Part shown: positions 24,671-32,510 of the stretch, piece by piece
How positions within the stretch are numbered: position 1 is the stretch's first letter
Layout: the number at the start of each line of letters is the position of its first letter
Assembly (NCBI GenBank): GCA_964574105.1
Contig: CAZNKH010000004.1
Coordinates: forward strand, 1 to 33,415
Length of the DNA: 33,415 nt
Reading direction: 5' to 3'
DNA from: an uncultured Candidatus Saccharibacteria bacterium
GTDB taxonomy: Bacteria; Patescibacteriota; Minisyncoccia; Phycocordibacterales; UBA9988
Position numbers and translations under genes: made by a program
Notes under the pieces: generated by a model
What the model was told of the DNA's origin: nothing
The model's database searches: none
Seen by the model: only the letters and a program-made list of their open reading frames with translations

Positions 24671-26203
24671 CTATCTATGGCAAGTCACATCTAAGCTACC
24701 AAAGGAGGTACCTTCAGTAGTGGTTCCAGTCCACCCAAATGAACGATTTATGGAGTATTTGACTTGGTTACAAGAGTACTTCGCTAATCCAAGTGATTTT
24801 TCAATAGGACTCAGTAGCCCGTCCACCATCGATCCAGAATATATATAGATTGGTAATTCTGACAAACCAGAGGGAGTATATGTGACCGTCTTAGATATCT
24901 CACGACTACCTTGATCAATAGTAATAGTTCCTGATCCACTTGGTACAACGGATCCATTCCCTGCTAAAGCTTTCACGAACGCATCACTGCACACTTGCCC
25001 TATCTTAGGTCCGCCTTGACGACCAAATACAAAATTCATTCCGGTCACTTTGCCGTTGAAATCTGCGTTACAGGACATATGATGACCTCCATACCCGCGA
25101 TTATAGACTCTAACAGGGAGATTAACTGTGACCGGTTTAGTATCATACATCTTATTAGGACCATAGATGTATGCGATGATAGTACCATTGCCTTTTATTC
25201 TCGCACTATTTGGTGCTATTGTACTCCTGATCTTAAATGCGCCAAGATTTTGAGTCTTATTTACTTCTGTGTTTGGACTAAGAGGAATTATGAAGGTTGG
25301 AGAATTTATTCTTTTATCAAGACCAGTTAAGTCAGTATTATTCCATGCATAGTTATAGATGACAGGCCAGTCACCGTTCTTATAGCCCTGGATCTGAACT
25401 TCATTAATCCCCGCGGATAATGATCCATTTAAGTCAGGATAAAGGGATAGAGAGACCACGATCGCTCGTACCATCTTCTTTGGAGAAACGGCTGGAGATG
25501 GCCTCACATATACATCTTTGAAAACTCCATCAAGTTCTGGTATTTCAAAGGTTGAGCCCAGAGGATCAAAATCAAACTCATTGTCGGTATATATTGACGG
25601 TTCACTACAAACTGGGTATCCATTACTAAAACCACTTATGTATTGCCCAGTAGGACAAGTTCCGCCTAATAGATCGTCGACATCCCCTTTATCAGTAAGG
25701 CTTATCCATTCAGTACTATCATATCCTTCAAAGTCCTGCCCCGTCCAGCGGATGGTACCTGCATTTCTGCCCGTAGTATTACCAATCTTGATCGCGCCTT
25801 CAACATCAAGTGTCTCAACAGGGATTTTTGGAGCTGATCCGCCTCCAATACCCACCTTCCCATCCTTTCCGGTAATCAGCGAGAGCCATGTTCCGCCGTC
25901 ATTTGATCCCCAGATGTTGAAGTACCCCTGCCCTGCGATCCCATAAGGATTAATGCCTAACACCTGTTGGTTAGTAGTCTTATTTTTGACCGACAGAGAA
26001 TTATAACCAGCTGGGACAGAGGTAATAATGCCTCCAATGGTAAGACCTCCGATCTTTTCTTGTGCTATTGTACCCACATTTACTGGAGCGGGAACATTAC
26101 CACTTGGAGGAAATGCCGTTGGAGCCACCCACTGTGCGGAGGCGGTGTATGGTACAAGGGTGACTGCACAGAGCGACAAGGTGAGGAGAATAATTTTCTT
26201 CAT
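24671..26203 (-). CDS. Secreted 510-aa protein of unknown function with a tail-fibre-like N-terminal region
   Basis: A Sec signal peptide is present (MKKIILLTLSLCAVTLVPYTASA/QW). The segment LDVEGAIKIGNTT..GTIRWTGQDFEGYDSTEWISLT resembles tail-fibre or surface-fibre proteins as I recall them. The C-terminal roughly 300 aa are unassigned. It has its own terminator. Confidence 0.7.
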   Translation of the reverse strand: MKKIILLTLSLCAVTLVPYTASAQWVAPTAFPPSGNVPAPVNVGTIAQEKIGGLTIGGIITSVPAGYNSLSVKNKTTNQQVLGINPYGIAGQGYFNIWGSNDGGTWLSLITGKDGKVGIGGGSAPKIPVETLDVEGAIKIGNTTGRNAGTIRWTGQDFEGYDSTEWISLTDKGDVDDLLGGTCPTGQYISGFSNGYPVCSEPSIYTDNEFDFDPLGSTFEIPELDGVFKDVYVRPSPAVSPKKMVRAIVVSLSLYPDLNGSLSAGINEVQIQGYKNGDWPVIYNYAWNNTDLTGLDKRINSPTFIIPLSPNTEVNKTQNLGAFKIRSTIAPNSARIKGNGTIIAYIYGPNKMYDTKPVTVNLPVRVYNRGYGGHHMSCNADFNGKVTGMNFVFGRQGGPKIGQVCSDAFVKALAGNGSVVPSGSGTITIDQGSREISKTVTYTPSGLSELPIYIYSGSMVDGLLSPIEKSLGLAKYSCNQVKYSINRSFGWTGTTTEGTSFGSLDVTCHR

Positions 26204-26323
26204 TGTAAGATAATAAATGAACGAGTAATAATAAAATGAGACCTTTTTTTATATTGTAGAGTATATCAACTCTCTCACCATCATCCCAACACTTCCTGTT
26301 GATAACTTCAACATCTACTCTCA

Positions 26324-26351
26324 TTGACAAATAAGTGGGCGTGCGTATACT
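26324..26351 (+). promoter_or_regulatory. Near-consensus promoter TTGACA-16-TATACT upstream of nusA
   Basis: TTGACA lies at 26324-26329 and TATACT at 26346-26351, about 75 nt before the nusA ATG. Confidence 0.55.
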
Positions 26352-26372
26352 AGACCTACTCTGAACGATTGT

Positions 26373-26409
26373 AGCGTCCGTATCCGAAAAGGAACGGGCG
26401 GTTTTTATT
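26373..26409 (+). promoter_or_regulatory. nusA leader hairpin plus U-tract (attenuator-like), carrying the AGCGTCCGTATCCG motif
   Basis: CGTCCGT (26375-26381) pairs with ACGGGCG (26394-26400), including one G-U pair. An inner TCC/GGA stem is present, followed by GTTTTTATT (26401-26409). The element lies 17 nt before the start codon. Confidence 0.4.
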
Positions 26410-26425
26410 CAATAATAAAGCCATT

Positions 26426-27598
26426 ATGATGGATTTAAAGGCATTGACATCGGCTCTCGGGGAGCTTGAGGAGGAGCGTGGCATCCCTCGTGAAGAGATA
26501 CTCCACGCGATAGAGGACGCGCTCTCTGCCGCGTACAAGAAGGATTATGGAAAGAAGGGGCAAATTGTCCGAGCCACCTTCAATCCCAAGACGGGGGATG
26601 TTGAGTTCTCTCAAGTCAAGATTGTAGTTGACGAGTCTATGCTTCGCCATCCCGATGAGGAGGGAGAAGGAGAAGAGATTGAGCTCCCTGAAGGAGAGAT
26701 TCCCTCAAGTGAGCGTAAGGTGAGCTTCAATGAGGAGCATCACATTATGATTGATGACGCAGTAAAGATTAAGAAAGATGTCACTCCGGGAGAAGAACTC
26801 ATCTTCCCGCTTGAAGGAAAAGGTGACTACGGACGCATTGCGGCGCAGACCGCAAAGCAGGTCATCATTCAGCGTATCCGCCGAGCAGAGAAAACATCTA
26901 TCCTCGGAGAATATGAAGCACGGCAGGGAGAAATTGTGAGTGGAAAGGTCCAGCGTATGGAACGGGGAGCCATCTTTGTGGATCTCGGACGCACGGTGGC
27001 GATACTCCCCCGTGAGGAACAAATCCCCGGTGAGTACTACCGTCAAGGCGAGCATATTAAGGCATATCTCTACGCAGTAGAAGATACGCCGCGAGGTATT
27101 TCTCTCCGTCTCTCTCGTGCGCACCCCCAGTTTGTGGTAAAGCTCTTTGGTGTTGAGGCATCAGAGATTGCGGCGGGCACCGTTGAGATTAAATCGATTG
27201 CGAGAGAGGCGGGGTCACGCACCAAGATTGCCGTCATCTCGCACGATACAAATATTGATGCTGTCGGCTCTTGTGTGGGTCAGCGCGGCGCTCGTGTGAC
27301 TGCAGTGATCAATGAATTAGGTGGCGAGAAGATCGATATCACCGAGTGGTCAGATGATACCAAGACCTTTATTGAGAACGCCCTCTCCCCTGCAAAAGTC
27401 ATCAGTATAGAGCTAAACGAGGCTGAAAAATCGGCAAAAGTTGAGGTTCTTCCCGATCAATTCTCTCTTGCTGTTGGGCGTGGCGGACAAAATGTACGCC
27501 TTGCAGTAAAGCTTACGGGGTGGAAGATTGATATTAGTTCTCCTGGAGCTATGGAGGAAACGAATCAAGAAGAATCAGAATCGTTACCAGAAGAATAA
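26426..27598 (+). CDS. nusA: Transcription termination/antitermination factor NusA
   Basis: 390-aa ORF with an N-terminal domain, an S1 domain (GEIVSGKVQRMERGAIFVDLG) and two KH domains (GQRGARV, GRGGQNVRLA). There are no AR repeats. Confidence 0.95.
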   Translation: MMDLKALTSALGELEEERGIPREEILHAIEDALSAAYKKDYGKKGQIVRATFNPKTGDVEFSQVKIVVDESMLRHPDEEGEGEEIELPEGEIPSSERKVSFNEEHHIMIDDAVKIKKDVTPGEELIFPLEGKGDYGRIAAQTAKQVIIQRIRRAEKTSILGEYEARQGEIVSGKVQRMERGAIFVDLGRTVAILPREEQIPGEYYRQGEHIKAYLYAVEDTPRGISLRLSRAHPQFVVKLFGVEASEIAAGTVEIKSIAREAGSRTKIAVISHDTNIDAVGSCVGQRGARVTAVINELGGEKIDITEWSDDTKTFIENALSPAKVISIELNEAEKSAKVEVLPDQFSLAVGRGGQNVRLAVKLTGWKIDISSPGAMEETNQEESESLPEE

Positions 27599-27623
27599 TT
27601 AGTAATAATCAATAGCCATATAT

Positions 27624-29624
27624 ATGAGTAGCTATCTTTGGTTTAGTATCATTGCAGGTATTGGTGCCATCATCTACGGTCTCGGGCTCGTACGCCTTAT
27701 TATGAAAGAGCCGGCCGGATCGGGGAAGATGAGTGCCATCGCTCAAGCCATCCAAGAAGGAGCAACGGCATATTTAAACAGGCAGTACAAAACTATTGTC
27801 CCTATTGGGATCGTACTCTTTGTAATCCTATGGCTTGCAATCGGATTTCTTACCGCACTTGGATTTCTCATCGGTGGAGCGGCTTCCGCACTTGCCGGTT
27901 ATATTGGGATGAATGTCTCTGTCCGAGCCAATGTCCGCACCGCAGAAGCGGCAAAGAAAGGACTCTCGCAGGCACTCTCACTTGCTTTCCGTGGTGGAAC
28001 GGTAACAGGACTCCTCGTGGTGGGGCTTGCCCTTCTCTCTGTCTCTGGATTTTATGCAGTAAGCGGAGATATAAAGGCACTCGTTGGGCTTGGATTTGGA
28101 GCAAGTCTCATCTCCGTCTTTGCTCGGCTTGGTGGCGGAATCTTTACCAAGGCGGCAGATGTAGGAGCAGATCTTGTGGGTAAAGTTGAAGCAGGTATCC
28201 CCGAAGATGATCCGAGAAATCCGGCAGTGATTGCAGATAATGTGGGTGATAATGTGGGTGACTGCGCTGGTATGGCTGCGGACCTCTTTGAGACATATGC
28301 AGTGACCTCCGTTGCGGCAATCCTCTTGGGGACACTCACCTTTGCGGAAGGGTACACTCCTGCAATAATCTACCCGCTCGCACTCGGCGGTATTGCCATC
28401 ATCGCCTCCATCATCGGGACATGGTTTGCTAAACTTTCACAAGGGAGTGAGAACATTATGTGGGCATTATATAAAGCGCTCATCATTGCTGGCGTTATTG
28501 CGGCAGTCCTCTTCTACCCCCTCACCAACGCACTCCTTGCAGATAACGGGCTCTTCTCAACGACGGCGCTCTTTGGCGCGGCACTTGTTGGACTCATTGT
28601 TACCGCCGCCATTGTTGCCATTACCGAGTACTACACAGGGACCAGGTACAAGCCAGTGCAGTCCATTGCGCGTGCGAGTCTCTCTGGACACGGGACAAAT
28701 ATCATCCAAGGGCTCGCTATCTCAATGAAGGCGACTGCCCTCCCCTTGTTCGTTATTGTTATCGGCATCATCACGGCGTACTCCTTCGCCGGGCTTTACG
28801 GCATCGCGATTGCGGCAATGAGTATGCTATCACTTGCCGGCGTTATTGTTGCCATTGATGCCTTTGGCCCCATTACAGACAACGCGGGTGGTATCGCAGA
28901 AATGGCAGAGCTCCCCAAAGAAGTACGAGATATTACTGACCCCTTGGATGCGGTGGGGAATACTACGAAAGCAGTAACTAAGGGCTACGCTATCGGCTCA
29001 GCTGGACTTGCCGCATTAGTACTCTTTGCCTCCTACACAGAAGAATTTGCAGTACTTGGAAGGGATATCAGTTTCTCACTCGGAGACCCTATGGTAATCG
29101 TCGGTCTCTTTATCGGAGGATTGCTCCCCTACTACTTTGCCGCCCTCTCAATGGAGGCAGTGGGTAAAACAGCAGGAAAGGTGGTTGAAGAAGTACGCCG
29201 TCAATTCAAGGAGATGCCGGGGATTATGAACGGCACGGAAAAGCCCGATTACAAAAAAAGTGTAGATATTGTAACCGCAGCCGCCATTAAAGAGATGCTT
29301 TTCCCCGCGCTCATCCCAGTACTTGCACCAATCATTGTATGGGTACTCCTCGGGCCTGTGGCAGTAGGCGGACTCTTGGTGGGAAGTATTATTACCGGAC
29401 TCTTCGTCGCTATTTCAATGACTTCCGGTGGTGGCGCATGGGATAATGCCAAAAAGTACATCGAGCAAGGTAATTTGGGTGGAAAGGGTTCTGATGCCCA
29501 CAAAGCAGCCGTGACTGGTGACACCGTTGGAGATCCTTACAAAGATACTGCGGGACCTGCTATTAACCCGATGATTAAGATACTCAACATCATCGCACTT
29601 CTCTTGGTAGCTCTATTGGTATAA
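27624..29624 (+). CDS. hppA: Membrane-integral H+-translocating pyrophosphatase, K+-independent-type signature
   Basis: 666-aa polytopic ORF with [29 protein letters not shown] and [10 protein letters not shown]. Confidence 0.95.
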   Translation: MSSYLWFSIIAGIGAIIYGLGLVRLIMKEPAGSGKMSAIAQAIQEGATAYLNRQYKTIVPIGIVLFVILWLAIGFLTALGFLIGGAASALAGYIGMNVSVRANVRTAEAAKKGLSQALSLAFRGGTVTGLLVVGLALLSVSGFYAVSGDIKALVGLGFGASLISVFARLGGGIFTKAADVGADLVGKVEAGIPEDDPRNPAVIADNVGDNVGDCAGMAADLFETYAVTSVAAILLGTLTFAEGYTPAIIYPLALGGIAIIASIIGTWFAKLSQGSENIMWALYKALIIAGVIAAVLFYPLTNALLADNGLFSTTALFGAALVGLIVTAAIVAITEYYTGTRYKPVQSIARASLSGHGTNIIQGLAISMKATALPLFVIVIGIITAYSFAGLYGIAIAAMSMLSLAGVIVAIDAFGPITDNAGGIAEMAELPKEVRDITDPLDAVGNTTKAVTKGYAIGSAGLAALVLFASYTEEFAVLGRDISFSLGDPMVIVGLFIGGLLPYYFAALSMEAVGKTAGKVVEEVRRQFKEMPGIMNGTEKPDYKKSVDIVTAAAIKEMLFPALIPVLAPIIVWVLLGPVAVGGLLVGSIITGLFVAISMTSGGGAWDNAKKYIEQGNLGGKGSDAHKAAVTGDTVGDPYKDTAGPAINPMIKILNIIALLLVALLV

Positions 29625-29627
29625 TCC

Positions 29628-29655
29628 TTCAATAGATTCAGAATTGTGCTATACT
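29628..29655 (+). promoter_or_regulatory. Candidate promoter TTCAAT-16-TGcTATACT
   Basis: TTCAAT lies at 29628-29633, with extended -10 TGC-TATACT (TATACT at 29650-29655). The ATG at 29686 follows. Confidence 0.5.
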
Positions 29656-29685
29656 CCCAATAATTATTAGATAGTAATATTTCTT

Positions 29686-30252
29686 ATGCGTATACGATCA
29701 TTGTTAGCCATTGCGACGGTTATTGCACTCTCGGGACTTCTGCCAGTAGCTGCACTCGCGCAAGATGCTGGAGCAGAGCAGGATAACGCTTCAACCAGTG
29801 CAAGAGCGAAGGTAGAGAATAAAAAAGAGATTGCTAACATCAAGGCACAGCGTCTTGGTGAGTACCTCTCACGCCATGTAGCGGTGTTGAAGGGGATCAT
29901 TGCTCGCCTTGAATCACGCATCACAAAGATTGAAACACGAGGTCTATCGACTGAGGGACAGAAGAAGTTAGAAAGTGCAAAAAAGAACATCGCGGAAGCA
30001 AAGACAAAGCTTGACTCGGCGGGAAGCGCTATTACCACGGTAATTAGTGATGTTGAGAAGGCGCTGGGAGGCGATGATATCAAAGCAGGCCTTACGGAAG
30101 CGAAAGCAAAGCTAAAGAATTCTCGCACACTACTTACTGACGCCATCGCAAAGATAAAGGCAGCCCGCAAAGATATTGGAGATGCCTTGGGAACCGTTAC
30201 TACCGCAGAATCTGCGACAACAACGCAGACTGCAACATCATCAGCTAACTAG
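29686..30252 (+). CDS. Secreted all-helical Lys/Ala-rich protein (188 aa), function unknown
   Basis: A signal peptide is present (MRIRSLLAIATVIALSGLLPVAALA/QD). It is followed by heptad-like helical repeats (LESAKKNIAEAKTKLDSA, LTEAKAKLKNSRTLL) and a Thr-rich tail. The antisense ORF 29667..30170 is low-complexity and was rejected. Confidence 0.7.
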   Translation: MRIRSLLAIATVIALSGLLPVAALAQDAGAEQDNASTSARAKVENKKEIANIKAQRLGEYLSRHVAVLKGIIARLESRITKIETRGLSTEGQKKLESAKKNIAEAKTKLDSAGSAITTVISDVEKALGGDDIKAGLTEAKAKLKNSRTLLTDAIAKIKAARKDIGDALGTVTTAESATTTQTATSSAN

Positions 30253-30259
30253 TACTATT

Positions 30260-30496
30260 ATGGAAGGAGAATCAAGTTCAAAGGGAGCACTTATCGGAGC
30301 AATTATCGTTATCCTCTTGCTCGTTGCTGGCGGCATCTATGTTGCTGTCACTAAGCCGAGTACAGAGGCACCCGATGACACCGCAACAACAACCGCAACA
30401 ACAACAGTCTCGGCTCCATCTGACGAGCTCGCTGGCATTGACGCTGATTTAAACGCAATTGACCTTACTGACTTGGATGCCGCATTGGCAGACTAG
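30260..30496 (+). CDS. Small single-pass membrane protein with a Thr-rich linker and acidic C-terminal tail (78 aa)
   Basis: The internal ATG at 30260 gives MEGESSSKGALIGAIIVILLLVAGGIYVAV (a TM helix), then TTTATTT and ELAGIDADLNAIDLTDLDAALAD. It starts 7 nt after the upstream stop and is followed by a strong terminator. Confidence 0.6.
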   Translation: MEGESSSKGALIGAIIVILLLVAGGIYVAVTKPSTEAPDDTATTTATTTVSAPSDELAGIDADLNAIDLTDLDAALAD

Positions 30497-30507
30497 ACCA
30501 GCTCTCT

Positions 30508-30546
30508 AAAAAGCTCCCCCTGGCTCGCCAGCGGGGAGCTTTTTTG
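30508..30546 (+). terminator. Strong rho-independent terminator
   Basis: The sequence is AAAAAGCTCCCC-CTGGC-TC-GCCAG-C-GGGGAGCTTTTTT: an extended GC-rich stem followed by a T-run. Confidence 0.7.
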
Positions 30547-30561
30547 TTAGAGTAGCGGTCT

Positions 30562-31572
30562 ATGACAACATCATTCACGGTTACCGTTACTGACTCCGGA
30601 GTATCGGAGAAAACAATCACGGGAGAGATCTCTGTGGAACTCTTTATGTCACACTGGAGTGAGACAATTAAGGAATTAGGAAAAGATGCAAAAATTGAAG
30701 GCTTCCGCCCCGGGCATATTCCAGAAAAGATACTCATTCAGCACACGGGAGAGCAGGCAGTACTCTTTGAAATGGCAGAGCGGACACTCGCAACAGAATA
30801 TCCCAAGATACTCACCGCGCATCACATTGATGCTATCGGCCGCCCCGAGATTACCATTACCAAGCTCGCAAAAGGAAATCCACTTGGCTTTGCAATCAAG
30901 ACTGCCGTCACTCCTGAAGTGCGACTTCCCGACTACAAAACCATCGCGAAGACAGTGCAACAAGAAAAAGAAGAGGAAATCGTGGTACGCGATGACGAAA
31001 TAGAATCAGTACTGACGGAGCTACGCACCGCACGAAAAGGAAAAGATGAAGAAGAGCTCCCTGCGCTCACTGATGAGTTTGTGAAAAGCGTTGGAAACTT
31101 TAATTCTATAGAAGAACTCCGTGCAAAGATACGAGAAAATCTTACCGCAGAAAAGGAGTCTCGGGCGCGTGATAAGCGTCGAGTAAAGATTCTTGATGCC
31201 ATTAGTGAGAAGACAGATATTGCCATACCTGAAGTACTCATCCACGCAGAAATGGATAAAATGTTTTCAGAGTTGCGCACAAACATTGAGCAAATGGGGC
31301 TCAAACTTCCCGATTACTTATCTCATATTAAAAAAACTGAAGAGGATCTAAAAAATGCATGGCACGAGGATGCAAAAAAACGCGTCTCTGCGGGGCTCAT
31401 CTTGTCAAAAATCGCTCACGAAGAAAAACTGTTTCCCAAGGAGGAGGAAGTGAGTCATGAGGTAACACACCTTTTGGAGCATTACCCTGACGCAAATCCT
31501 CACAACCTACACCACTATGTGGAGGGTCAGCTCACAAACGAAAAGGTATTAAAATTTCTCGAACAAAAGTAA
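30562..31572 (+). CDS. tig: Trigger factor lacking the central PPIase (FKBP) domain
   Basis: The N-domain carries the ribosome-binding signature GFRPGHIP. The linker (DDEIESVLTELRTARKG) runs straight into the C-domain start (LPALTDEFVKSVG..SIEELRAKIRENL). Length is 336 aa against roughly 430 for canonical TF. It sits upstream of clpP, as is usual. Confidence 0.88.
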   Translation: MTTSFTVTVTDSGVSEKTITGEISVELFMSHWSETIKELGKDAKIEGFRPGHIPEKILIQHTGEQAVLFEMAERTLATEYPKILTAHHIDAIGRPEITITKLAKGNPLGFAIKTAVTPEVRLPDYKTIAKTVQQEKEEEIVVRDDEIESVLTELRTARKGKDEEELPALTDEFVKSVGNFNSIEELRAKIRENLTAEKESRARDKRRVKILDAISEKTDIAIPEVLIHAEMDKMFSELRTNIEQMGLKLPDYLSHIKKTEEDLKNAWHEDAKKRVSAGLILSKIAHEEKLFPKEEEVSHEVTHLLEHYPDANPHNLHHYVEGQLTNEKVLKFLEQK

Positions 31573-31579
31573 GAAGCGA

Positions 31580-31645
31580 GTACTATTTATTTTTTGGGAC
31601 GCGCCGAAGCCTTTTAGTATAAAGCGCAAAAAAAATGAATAGTAC
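31580..31645 (+). terminator. Long A/T-rich hairpin (16-bp stem) after tig; related to the hairpin at 12972-13035
   Basis: GTACTATTTATTTTTT (31580-31595) pairs with AAAAAATGAATAGTAC (31630-31645), including one G-U pair. Confidence 0.5.
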
Positions 31646-31657
31646 GAGCCATTCTTC

Positions 31658-31686
31658 TTGACACTTAACACTTAATGCTTCATACT
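31658..31686 (+). promoter_or_regulatory. clpP promoter TTGACA-17-CATACT ending 6 nt before the ATG (leaderless geometry)
   Basis: TTGACA lies at 31658-31663 and CATACT at 31681-31686, with the ATG at 31693. Confidence 0.55.
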
Positions 31687-31692
31687 ATCGTT

Positions 31693-32280
31693 ATGTCAAT
31701 ACTCATTCCCACCGTTATTGAGAAGAGTACCTATGGCGAGCGCGCCTATGATATTTACTCGCGTCTCCTCAAGGATCGCATTATTTTTTTGGGCGGGCCC
31801 ATTGATGAACATGTGGCAAATCTTGTAATTGCACAAATGCTTTTTCTTGATGCAGAGAACTCGCAAAAAGACATCCTCCTCTATGTAAACTCACCCGGGG
31901 GCTCCGTAACCGCAGGACTCGCTATTTACGACACGATGCAACATGTCAAATCTGATGTCTCTACCATCTGTGTAGGCATGGCCGCTTCTATGGGGGCATT
32001 TCTCCTCGCCTCTGGCGCCAAGGGTAAGCGTCTTGCGCTTCCTAACTCAGATATTATGATCCACCAACTCTCATCCGGTTTTCAAGGGCAGGCAACGGAT
32101 ATTGAGATTAATGCGCGTTACATTCTTAAACTCAAGAGCCGTCTCAACACCCTTCTTGCAAAACATACAGGTAAAACATCCGAGGTAATTGAAAAAGATT
32201 CCGATCGCGACAATTGGATGAGCTCCGATGAGGCAAAGAAGTACGGGCTTATTGACAAAGTCCTCCATACTAAGATATAA
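31693..32280 (+). CDS. clpP: ATP-dependent Clp protease proteolytic subunit
   Basis: The Ser-His-Asp triad context is present (GMAASMG, MIHQ, DRD). I prefer the ATG at 31693 ([10 protein letters not shown]) over the track start at 31675. Confidence 0.95.
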   Translation: MSILIPTVIEKSTYGERAYDIYSRLLKDRIIFLGGPIDEHVANLVIAQMLFLDAENSQKDILLYVNSPGGSVTAGLAIYDTMQHVKSDVSTICVGMAASMGAFLLASGAKGKRLALPNSDIMIHQLSSGFQGQATDIEINARYILKLKSRLNTLLAKHTGKTSEVIEKDSDRDNWMSSDEAKKYGLIDKVLHTKI

Positions 32281-32510
32281 AAACAGCCCTTTACTCAAGG
32301 CTGGAGTTCTGGTACGATATATGTATTATCACATTTATTTTTTGTTGTCTGCCTTAGAATCAGCTATCGGAGCATTATTATGATGAGAACGCGTAACGCA
32401 TTCCCCACATCACCACACTATGCCCTTACACGGCCTACTACTCTGTATTATCGATGAGTACAGCCAGTAAATAACCGTTACTGATACCCTAAGGCGACGC
32501 CCGTACGCCT

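Noticed and set aside
24558-24848. 96-aa plus-strand ORF in the pilB / secreted-protein spacer
   Set aside because: It spans the minus-strand terminator and runs antisense into the 3' end of the 510-aa gene. It has no start context or motifs.
24414-24850. Diversity-generating retroelement (VR/TR pair) targeting the C-terminus of the 510-aa secreted protein
   Set aside because: I compared the 3' coding end (24671-24850) with the adjacent intergenic DNA by eye and found no extended repeat. No reverse transcriptase gene is present in the window.
28239-28262. Direct 12-nt tandem repeat GATAATGTGGGT GATAATGTGGGT
   Set aside because: It encodes the conserved DNVGDNVGD motif of membrane pyrophosphatases. 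It is a coding constraint, not a repeat element.
29667-30170. 167-aa minus-strand ORF overlapping the secreted helical protein gene
   Set aside because: The plus-strand frame has a promoter, a signal peptide, a downstream partner and a terminator. The minus frame is a Ser/Ala/Phe-rich antisense shadow.
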